The notes under the pieces were generated by a model that ran no database searches, had not been told where the DNA came from, and saw nothing but the letters and a program-made list of their open reading frames with translations. Of a stretch of 64,000 bases of DNA, positions 46,296 through 54,532 are shown piece by piece. Position 1 is the stretch's first letter; the number at the start of each line of letters is the position of its first letter. The DNA is from Candidatus Latescibacterota bacterium (GTDB lineage Bacteria; Latescibacterota; UBA2968). Location: positions 6,080,001-6,144,000 of the forward strand of contig OZ241986.1 of the NCBI GenBank assembly GCA_965204375.1. The letters run 5' to 3'. Position numbers and translations under genes: made by a program.

Positions 46296-47048
46296 ATGTC
46301 GAATCCCACGATTGATGTGCTGATGTCGCACAGGAGTATTCGGAGGTTTGAAGATCGAGCGTTGCCCGATGGGGTGTTGGAGACGCTGATTCGGTGCGGG
46401 CAGCAGGCGAGTACGTCGAGCAATTTGCAGGCTTATACGGTGATTCATGTGGCTGATCCCGAACGGAAGAAGAAGTTGGCCGAGTTGTGTGCCGATCAGG
46501 TGCAGATTCATCAGAGTGCGGCTTTTTTGGCTTTTTGTGCGGATTTGCACCGGGATCGGATGGCGAATCAGATGCACGGGGTTGAGCGGTTTGATGGGGA
46601 TTATGTCGAGGCGTTGATGATTGCGACGGTGGATGTCGCGCTGATGATGCAGAATGTGGCTATTGCGGCGGAGTCCATGGGTTTGGGCATTTGTATGATT
46701 GGGGCAATGCGAAATAATCCAAAGGCCGTGGGTGAATTGCTCGGTTTGCCGCCTTATGTTGCGGCTGTGTCGGGTTTTTGTATTGGGTATCCGGCGCAGG
46801 AGCCAGAGGTGAAACCGCGTTTGCCCGTCGATGCGGTGTTGCATCGGGAGCGTTATCTGGACGATGAGACGCATTGCGCGATTATGAAGGATTACGATCA
46901 GAAGATGGTGGAATTTTATGCGTCACAGGGGATGCACGAAGGAGACCAACGCTGGACGACGGTGGTGGGTGGGCGCACCGGGCAATTCCATGTGCGTGAG
47001 GAATTGGACGAGTTTCTGACAGCGCAGGGGTTTAAGTTGAGGAGGTGA
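46296..47048 (+). CDS. NADPH-dependent nitroreductase (NfsA/Frp family)
   Basis: HRSIRRF, ASTSSNLQ, AESMGLG...IG, KPRLP. Confidence 0.92.
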   Translation: MSNPTIDVLMSHRSIRRFEDRALPDGVLETLIRCGQQASTSSNLQAYTVIHVADPERKKKLAELCADQVQIHQSAAFLAFCADLHRDRMANQMHGVERFDGDYVEALMIATVDVALMMQNVAIAAESMGLGICMIGAMRNNPKAVGELLGLPPYVAAVSGFCIGYPAQEPEVKPRLPVDAVLHRERYLDDETHCAIMKDYDQKMVEFYASQGMHEGDQRWTTVVGGRTGQFHVREELDEFLTAQGFKLRR

Positions 47049-47156
47049 GGGATGGGGCTGTTTGTATTTTCTTTGCTGATTCCCTTATATTAGTGTATAA
47101 ATTCTACAACTCGAATGTTGTTCTCCACAATTTCGTAAAAAATAGAGCATATATTT

Positions 47157-47177
47157 TGCCAGTAATAATTACTGGCA
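47157..47177. promoter_or_regulatory. Perfect 21-bp palindrome upstream of mod
   Basis: TGCCAGTAAT-A-ATTACTGGCA. Confidence 0.45.
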
Positions 47178-47220
47178 TAGAAGTTTCAGTATCATTTTTC
47201 AAAACTGGAGATAGCAATTG

Positions 47221-50200
47221 ATGAATGAGTCGCTGAAGAAATTTCAGGATCTCTTGCGCGAGTTGTTCCAGTTCGATTGCTCTGATCTGGACTTTGGCAT
47301 CTACCGCATTATGAATCACAAACGGGATGTAATTGAGCAGTTTATTGCGGAGGATTTGCCGAATGCCATAGCGGACGAACTGGATAGCGGTGCGTTGGTC
47401 GAACAGTCGCTTGCTACGGAAGAATTGAAGGAAGTTGCCGATCAGATCAGGAATGATTTGGACAAGGATGCCATTGATGCCGATGGCAACCTCGTTATGT
47501 TTCAGGAGTCCGAGATTGGCAGGAGGTACCTGAACCTCCAGTCCAGGGCCGCTGGTAGTCGTGGTCGCGACGCTCTCGAAGTTGCGATTTTTAATCATCT
47601 ATACGCATTCTTTAGCCGCTATTATCAAGAAGGCGATTTCATCTCTAAGCGGCGCTACTCTAAGAATCAGCGGTACGCCATTCCCTATAATGGTGAAGAA
47701 GTTTATCTATACTGGGCTAACAGCGATCAGTACTACGTCAAGACCGCTGAGTACTTCCACGATTATACATACGAAGCACCCAATGGCATAACAGTGCATT
47801 TCAAGGTGCAAGCCGCAAATGTCGAGCAGGACAATGTGAAGGGCGACAAGCGGTTTTTCTTGCCGTGCATTGAGGCGATTACCTATGACCAGAAGGCCAA
47901 CCGGCTTGAAATTCCCTTTGAGTACCGGCCCTTGACTACACAAGAGGAAATCACCTACGGCAAGAGGAATCAGCAGGAAACGATTCTCACCCAGGCCCTG
48001 ACGGAGATTCCCGAGAAAATAAAAAAAATGCAAGAACCATTGGCTGCACTGAGGGCTGAAAAATCTCAGAATAGTGATGGCGAGCCAATCACCCTCCTCG
48101 AACACCACCTGCGTCAGTACACCCGACGCAACACATCTGACTACTTTATTCACAAAGACTTGAAAGGCTTTCTCTCTCGCGAGTTGGACTTCTATCTGAA
48201 GAACGAGGTGCTGAGTCTGGGCGAAATGGAAGCCGCTGGCGAGGATCGCGCCGAGGGCTGGTTTCAAATGATGCGAGTCATCAAGTCCGTCGGCGGTCAG
48301 ATCATAGACTTCCTCAACCAGATTGAAAATTTCCAGAAGATGCTTTGGGAAAAGCGTAAGTTTGTCACTGAGACGCAGTATTGCATTACCATTGGCAACA
48401 TTGACGAGGATTTTCACGAAGATATTGCTGGCTGCGAGGCTCAGTGGGATGAGTGGAAAGAGCTATTTGGCATTGACGAAGATCAAACCGATCTGTTCAC
48501 CTCAGGCAAGGACAAGATAGGTAAGCGCGTCGAGTTCTTAAAGGCGCGTCCGACGCTCGTGCTCGATACCGTACATTTTGAACGCAACTTCATTGACAGG
48601 TTGCTTGCCAGTTTTGACGATTTAGACGAGATGATAGATGGGACATTGATACATAGCGAGAATTGGCAGGCTTTGAATCTTTTACAAGAAAGCTACCAAG
48701 AGCAGGTAAAGTGTATCTGCATCGACCCGCCATACAACACTGGTAGCGACGACTTTCTTTATAAGGATAAATATAAAGATTCTAGCTGGATGTGTCAGCA
48801 GCACCAGACACTTTCCATTTCGGAAGCTCTTCTTAAGGATACCGGCTCCGTGTTCACCTTTTGCGACGAAAACGAAATGCACAGCTATGCTCCACTATTG
48901 CGAGAGGTCTATGGAGCATCGAACCTCGTCGAGACAATTATCTGGAATAAACGGGTACCAAAGAACGATAAAGGGATCGGCAATATTCACGACTTTATTT
49001 TTTTAATTTGTCGTGATTTTCTGAAACGGAGATCACTGAATCAGTCCTACAACATGCGAAAGGACGGGCTTGAGGATATCTATGAACTTGTTGATCGCTG
49101 CAAATTACAGGACAGGTCGTTAGAAGATACTCAGAAGGAGTTAAAGAAATTCTATGATAGACAAGGCTATGATCGGGGCATTACGCTCTATTGCGAACTG
49201 GATCTTACTTTCAAAATCTGGGGGAAGATAAACATGTCTTGGCCAAGTCCCAAGACAGAGGGTCCACGATACGAGGTGATCAATCCTGTGACAGATAAGC
49301 CTGTACCGATTCCGAAGAAAGGCTGGCGCTGGACGGAAGAGACATATCGCGATGCTGAAAAGCAGGGACCGACTTATAATCTACCAGACGGTAGCATGAT
49401 GAAGGGGCGCATATGGTACGCGGCTACGGAGACCACACAGCCGAGTTCGATTACATATCTCGAAGAAGTGGAGACATTTCTGTTGCGGTCGATTCTAAGC
49501 GTCAAGAGTGATGGTAGTTTGGCACTCGAAAACATGGGACTCGGCGGGATGATTGATTATCCAAAGCCAGCATCTCTAATTGAGCGCCTACTATTTGCCA
49601 TTGGAGACACACACGGTGTAGTGCTTGATTACTTCGCTGGCTCTGGTACGACCGGCCACGCCGTCATCAATCTTAACCGCGAGGATGGTGGGCAACGCAA
49701 GTTTATTCTCGTCGAAATGGGCGAATATTTCGACACCGTTCTGTTACCTCGCATCAAGAAAGTCACTTTCACACCCGAATGGAAAGAAGGCAAGCCCAAG
49801 TGCATGGCAACGCCGGAAGAAGCAGAGCGCAGTCCGCGTATAGTCAAGTATATGCGTCTGGAATCCTACGAAGACGCACTGAACAATATCGCGTTCGGTG
49901 AGGCGTCCAATCAGATGGCCTTGGAGTTCGACGACTACCTGCTCAAGTACATGATAAAATGGGAAACGCGGGCAAGTGAAACGCTGTTGAATGTAGAGAA
50001 ACTATCCCGTCCATTTTGCTACAAGATGCATATTCGCGCCGATGGCCAGACCTACGAAAAGGTGGCGGATATTCCTGAGACCTTCAACTATCTGATGGGT
50101 TTGCACATTGAAACAAGGCGAGTGTACGATGACGATGGACGGTACTATCTGGTCTATCGCGGGCAGACGCGAGAAGGACGAAGGATGGCGGTTATCTGGC

Positions 50201-50376
50201 GTGAGACCGAGGGCTGGCAGAAGTCAGACTTTGAGCGGGACAAGGACTTCGTGGCCGAGCAGAAGTTTAGCGATGGTGTGGATGAGATTTTTGTCAACGG
50301 CGATTCGTTCATCCGAGAAGCGAAGGCCCTGGAACCCATGTTCAAAGCACGGATGTTTGCTGAGGCGGGGGTATAA
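47221..50376 (+). CDS. mod: Type III R-M methyltransferase (Mod), long form
   Basis: DLDFGIYRI N-terminus, IDPPYNTG, DYFAGSGTTGHAV, LESYEDALNN. Confidence 0.92.
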   Translation: MNESLKKFQDLLRELFQFDCSDLDFGIYRIMNHKRDVIEQFIAEDLPNAIADELDSGALVEQSLATEELKEVADQIRNDLDKDAIDADGNLVMFQESEIGRRYLNLQSRAAGSRGRDALEVAIFNHLYAFFSRYYQEGDFISKRRYSKNQRYAIPYNGEEVYLYWANSDQYYVKTAEYFHDYTYEAPNGITVHFKVQAANVEQDNVKGDKRFFLPCIEAITYDQKANRLEIPFEYRPLTTQEEITYGKRNQQETILTQALTEIPEKIKKMQEPLAALRAEKSQNSDGEPITLLEHHLRQYTRRNTSDYFIHKDLKGFLSRELDFYLKNEVLSLGEMEAAGEDRAEGWFQMMRVIKSVGGQIIDFLNQIENFQKMLWEKRKFVTETQYCITIGNIDEDFHEDIAGCEAQWDEWKELFGIDEDQTDLFTSGKDKIGKRVEFLKARPTLVLDTVHFERNFIDRLLASFDDLDEMIDGTLIHSENWQALNLLQESYQEQVKCICIDPPYNTGSDDFLYKDKYKDSSWMCQQHQTLSISEALLKDTGSVFTFCDENEMHSYAPLLREVYGASNLVETIIWNKRVPKNDKGIGNIHDFIFLICRDFLKRRSLNQSYNMRKDGLEDIYELVDRCKLQDRSLEDTQKELKKFYDRQGYDRGITLYCELDLTFKIWGKINMSWPSPKTEGPRYEVINPVTDKPVPIPKKGWRWTEETYRDAEKQGPTYNLPDGSMMKGRIWYAATETTQPSSITYLEEVETFLLRSILSVKSDGSLALENMGLGGMIDYPKPASLIERLLFAIGDTHGVVLDYFAGSGTTGHAVINLNREDGGQRKFILVEMGEYFDTVLLPRIKKVTFTPEWKEGKPKCMATPEEAERSPRIVKYMRLESYEDALNNIAFGEASNQMALEFDDYLLKYMIKWETRASETLLNVEKLSRPFCYKMHIRADGQTYEKVADIPETFNYLMGLHIETRRVYDDDGRYYLVYRGQTREGRRMAVIWRETEGWQKSDFERDKDFVAEQKFSDGVDEIFVNGDSFIREAKALEPMFKARMFAEAGV

Positions 50377-51873
50377 ATGGCACGCGAAGACAAAAAGGCC
50401 CGAAGTTGGAAATTTTGGAAGAGATGGATAGGCACGGCGCAGGAAAGGGACGAAGAATTACAGGAACATACCAGGAGCAATGTCAATTCTTCGACTGATT
50501 TAGCACCCAACACTTCAACTGACTCAGTGCCCAGCGTTTCGACTGGCTCAACGATCATTGAAGAAATTGATCGGTTGAAAGAGGAGTTGGACACATTGCG
50601 GCCATTGCCTTCTGATATCCTCGCAAGGGTAGAACAAAAGCTCCGAATTGAGTCAAACTACCACTCCAATGCCATAGAAGGCAATAGTCTGACGCTCGGA
50701 GAAACAAGAAGTTTGATTCTTCATGGGGTTACTGTTCATGGAAAGCCCCTGCGCGACTATCTGGATATTAAGGGGCATGATGAAGCGGTAAAGGCAATGG
50801 AGGATGCGGTTAAGAGAAACGAATTACTCAATGAGGTCTTTATTCGGAATCTCCATAAAGTGTTGCTGAAGGAGCCTTATGAAAATGATGCGATAACGCC
50901 AGATGGACAGCCGGTGAAACGGCGTATTGCTATCGGAGAATATAAGACACAGCCCAACAATGTGCGAACTTCTACGGGAGAGATTTATTATTTTACACCG
51001 CCAGAACAGGTGAAATCGGCGATGGGCGATCTCATAGATTGGTACAGAAGACAAGAAGATGAGGGCGAGCATCCGATTATTATAGCCGCTACATTTCACT
51101 ACCGATTTATCCGTATTCATCCTTTTGATGATGGTAATGGTCGCATGGCGAGGCTTTTGATGAATATGATTTTGATCAAGCACGGGTACACGGTGGCTGT
51201 AGTCCCGATTGAGGAGAGAGAGCAATATATCGGAATACTGGAGCAAGCTGATAAGACCGAAGATTTAGCCGAGTTTATCACCTACATTGCACATTGTTGC
51301 GAATATACCCTGAATCTACATCTAAAAGCCACTCGGGGAGAGGATATTGAAGATGTGGAGGATATAGATAAAGAGATCGCGATCTTCAAACGTTCTTTGG
51401 AAAAGGGCACGGGTGAGATAATGAATGCGAGAGAGTATGCGGACAAGGTGTTGTATCCGTTATTTTTTTATTGTGAAGAGAAGCTCGAACAGTTTTCAGA
51501 CGTGTTTGGAGATGTTCATACATTTAGTAGAAGTTCTTCTGTGAGAGAGACTAACAACCAAATTTCTAATTTTTCCTTAGAAAAAAAAAATAAGAGTGAC
51601 ACTTGGCCGGAAAACGCGGTTTCTATTTCTACCGGCTTCACATTTGAGTTATGGGATTTTCAAGGAAAAAAAAGTGACAATTTTGGTATAAAAATTAATA
51701 ATGAAATGGACTCGAATAGTTGTGTATGGGAATTTTATTCACCGCAGCTTGATTATAAGAAAGAATATACGGGGCAAGATCTGAAGGTGCTCAAAAAGAT
51801 GTTTAACGAAATGATGCGGGTTATGATGAAAAAGCTATCGGAGAAATCAAATGATCAAGAAGCCGAGAGATAA
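50377..51873 (+). CDS. Fic family protein with N- and C-terminal extensions
   Basis: SNAIEGN, HPFDDGNGRMAR; ATG directly follows the mod stop. Confidence 0.92.
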   Translation: MAREDKKARSWKFWKRWIGTAQERDEELQEHTRSNVNSSTDLAPNTSTDSVPSVSTGSTIIEEIDRLKEELDTLRPLPSDILARVEQKLRIESNYHSNAIEGNSLTLGETRSLILHGVTVHGKPLRDYLDIKGHDEAVKAMEDAVKRNELLNEVFIRNLHKVLLKEPYENDAITPDGQPVKRRIAIGEYKTQPNNVRTSTGEIYYFTPPEQVKSAMGDLIDWYRRQEDEGEHPIIIAATFHYRFIRIHPFDDGNGRMARLLMNMILIKHGYTVAVVPIEEREQYIGILEQADKTEDLAEFITYIAHCCEYTLNLHLKATRGEDIEDVEDIDKEIAIFKRSLEKGTGEIMNAREYADKVLYPLFFYCEEKLEQFSDVFGDVHTFSRSSSVRETNNQISNFSLEKKNKSDTWPENAVSISTGFTFELWDFQGKKSDNFGIKINNEMDSNSCVWEFYSPQLDYKKEYTGQDLKVLKKMFNEMMRVMMKKLSEKSNDQEAER

Positions 51874-52028
51874 CGATACTAAAAGTGCATAATGTAAATG
51901 GGCTGGTGTTCAAGTAGCGAATATTTGTGGAGATAGATGCATGAGTGCGAGAATCAAGATCCTACTTCAAAGGGAACTTGGCTCCCCAACAAGGTCTGGA
52001 AGACTATTTATCAGGAGGGACCGATAAA

Positions 52029-52724
52029 ATGAGAATCGAACCTGAAATCGCTGGTGTCTCAGTTGTCTTGATTGGTAATTTCAATCCTTCGATTTTTACG
52101 CCTGCGTGGTTCGGATGGCATGGGCTTATTTCTGAAAAGATGGTCGATACTGCAAATACGAAAATTGTTCATCCTCAAATTTCAGACTTCAATGTGGATT
52201 GGCTCCATATACAAGTCGTTCCTGAACGTTTCCTAATCAACACGACTCAGGCTCCCTATGTTCGCGTACAGGATCTGGCTGTCCGTATCTTCCGAGAGCA
52301 CTTGTCCCATACACCTCTTAATACCATGGGGATCAACCGGGAAGTGCATTTTTTAGTGGAGAGCTTTGATGAGCGAGATCAACTCGGCAGATTGCTTGCG
52401 CCTACTGACCCTTGGGGAGAGTGGGGTAAGAAACTTGAACCTGACGGATCTCATGGTGGTGTAACTTCTATTACCATGAGACAGGTTGACCCAGAGGGCA
52501 GACCGCCGGGCGGACAAATAAACGTGACCGTGGAACCATCTAACCGGATCGGTCAAGGCCATCGCGGTGTTTACATTGGGGTCAATGACCACTATACTAT
52601 TGAGAACGTAGAGAGCCAGATGGCAACCAGTGAAATCGTTATGTTGCTGGAGGAGAATTTTGACGAATCTCTGCGGCGTGCGGATCAAATTATTGATCAT
52701 ATTATGTCATTAACAAGGAGATAA
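52029..52724 (+). CDS. Hypothetical protein (possibly TIGR04255-like)
   Basis: AGGAGG RBS; VVLIGNFNPSIFTPAWF, LSHTP...GIN, GVNDHY. Confidence 0.75.
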   Translation: MRIEPEIAGVSVVLIGNFNPSIFTPAWFGWHGLISEKMVDTANTKIVHPQISDFNVDWLHIQVVPERFLINTTQAPYVRVQDLAVRIFREHLSHTPLNTMGINREVHFLVESFDERDQLGRLLAPTDPWGEWGKKLEPDGSHGGVTSITMRQVDPEGRPPGGQINVTVEPSNRIGQGHRGVYIGVNDHYTIENVESQMATSEIVMLLEENFDESLRRADQIIDHIMSLTRR

Positions 52725-52726
52725 AG

Positions 52727-53341
52727 ATGTCAGAGACTGCATTCGCTATCGCGGATAATAGCTTTCAGAATTCATCAGTCATCAACGAAAATTCGAGCAC
52801 ACCTAACAATCCTGACCAATTGTTGCTTCAGGACGGATATGCAGACTGGATCTCGGCTACACTACAACAGCGCCGAGATTCGTCAATGCGCGGTACTGAG
52901 ATTGTAGAGACTGCCTTGGAGCACCTCCCGACATCAACTGAAATTGATTCTGATATTGGCTCGGTCATTGACTTCCCTGACTTGGATCAAGGTTTACAAA
53001 CTTTGCCCCGGATAACTTTTCATGCGCTTCAAGAGTGGGAAGGGTATGTCATAGAAATAGGAGAGGATGACTTCACAGTGCGGCTTTTAGACCTGACCGC
53101 AGGGGCCTTGCATGAGGAGGAAGAGGCTGTCATTCCTCTCTCCGAGATCTCAGAAGACGATCTCAAGCGTTTGCGCCTCGGTAGCGTTTTTCGGTGGGTC
53201 ATCGGGTACGAACGTTCTGCAAGTGGAACTAAGCGACGTGTCTCACAGATCGTTTTTCGTGACCTTCCTGCCATGACAAAGCAGGATATATCCGAGGGGG
53301 AGGAATGGGCGAAGAAGGTCTCTCAGTTGTGGGAGGACTGA
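52727..53341 (+). CDS. Hypothetical protein (low-complexity N-terminus, beta-rich C-terminal domain)
   Basis: AAGGAG RBS inside the upstream gene end; LQEWEGYV...G.VFRW.IGY. Confidence 0.75.
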   Translation: MSETAFAIADNSFQNSSVINENSSTPNNPDQLLLQDGYADWISATLQQRRDSSMRGTEIVETALEHLPTSTEIDSDIGSVIDFPDLDQGLQTLPRITFHALQEWEGYVIEIGEDDFTVRLLDLTAGALHEEEEAVIPLSEISEDDLKRLRLGSVFRWVIGYERSASGTKRRVSQIVFRDLPAMTKQDISEGEEWAKKVSQLWED

Positions 53342-54426
53342 CTGCGATTAGAGTTCCACCTGAACATAATGTAATGGAAGTAACGGTTATAGGTCCCGGT
53401 TATGGAGAATGCATACTCCTTCATATCGGAAAAGGAAGCTGGATAATTGTCGATTCATGCCTTAATTCGAAGGCTCTTCCAGCAGCGTTGAAATACTTCC
53501 AGGACCTGGGATTAAATCCTGCTGAAGTGGTTCGACTTATCGTGGCGACCCACTGGCATGATGACCATATACGCGGCATGGGAGAGTTGGTCGAGGTCTG
53601 CGACAACGCGGCTTTCTGCTGTGCAAGTGCCCTTCGTGCGCGGGAATTTCTCACAGCGGTAGGGGCTCTGGCTAATCGCCCTATGTCCAGGGGAGGCTCT
53701 GGAATGCAGGAGCTTCACAAAGTCCTGTCATTACTTTTAGAGCGATCTTCTGAGCCTGTATTCGCCATAGCCAATCGTAGAATCTTTAATTGGGGTGGTT
53801 GCGAGGTGTGGGCACTTTCACCTTTTGATAAGGAATTTGACGCGTTCTTACGGGAAATCGGTCTTCTTCTGCCACAGGAACGTGAAACAAAAAGGCGTAC
53901 TCTTTCTACCTTGACCCCTAACAAAATTGCGGTTGTTCTATTAATCAAGATTGGCAATACGGCGGTTCTCCTTGGTTCCGATCTTGAGAGGCGTGGCTGG
54001 TTGGAGATACTTGATGCCTCCGAACGGCCGAGTTGCAAAGCCTCGTTTTTCAAAGTTCCGCATCATGGTTCTCAAAACGCACATGAGGATCGCGTGTGGA
54101 ATGAGATGTTGCACAGTGACCCGATCGCGGCACTTACCCCATGGCGAAGAGGTGGAAGGAGTTTACCGACGGAGAGTGACGTAAAACGTATTCTCTCGTT
54201 TACCCGAAAAGCTTACGCGACAGCACAACGCGACATTTCCAGTCACAAACCCGCTCGGAACAGGAATAGAACGGTAGTAAAGACTATTCGAGAAGTTAGC
54301 AAAAGAATCAATCGCATAGTCCAGCCTCCCGGAATGATCCGTCTGCGCAGGGAGTTTGGTTCACAAACCGATTGGAATATTGAAACATTTGGATCGGCAT
54401 GTCAATTGGCGGATTATTGGAGCTAA
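53305..54426 (+). CDS. MBL-fold metallo-hydrolase (ComEC-like, probable nuclease)
   Basis: GPGYGECIL, IVDS, THWHDDHIRG, LGSD, KVPHHGS; overlaps the upstream gene. Confidence 0.88.
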   Translation: MGEEGLSVVGGLTAIRVPPEHNVMEVTVIGPGYGECILLHIGKGSWIIVDSCLNSKALPAALKYFQDLGLNPAEVVRLIVATHWHDDHIRGMGELVEVCDNAAFCCASALRAREFLTAVGALANRPMSRGGSGMQELHKVLSLLLERSSEPVFAIANRRIFNWGGCEVWALSPFDKEFDAFLREIGLLLPQERETKRRTLSTLTPNKIAVVLLIKIGNTAVLLGSDLERRGWLEILDASERPSCKASFFKVPHHGSQNAHEDRVWNEMLHSDPIAALTPWRRGGRSLPTESDVKRILSFTRKAYATAQRDISSHKPARNRNRTVVKTIREVSKRINRIVQPPGMIRLRREFGSQTDWNIETFGSACQLADYWS

Positions 54427-54469
54427 AGAAAATTTTGAGGCTTTAAAAAAAATAATATATTTGCGAGGA

Positions 54470-54529
54470 CAGAATGATTAGCCACCGCTTATTGGTCAAC
54501 TTGAAGCACTCGTTGGAGAAGGGTTGTAA
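54470..54529 (+). pseudogene. 3' relic resembling a DUF86/HepT RNase C-terminus
   Basis: QND*PPLIGQLEALVGEGL* ending 3 nt before the res ATG. Confidence 0.4.
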
Positions 54530-54532
54530 CTG

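Noticed and set aside
48016-48030. A8 tract in mod (and A8 near 6703 in the REase) as a phase-variation switch
   Set aside because: Short Lys-coding runs with the frames intact; no simple-sequence repeat typical of phase-variable mod genes
51874-52028. Intergenic spacers in the mod-res cargo as integron attC sites
   Set aside because: No RYYYAAC...GTTRRRY pairing and no integrase in the window
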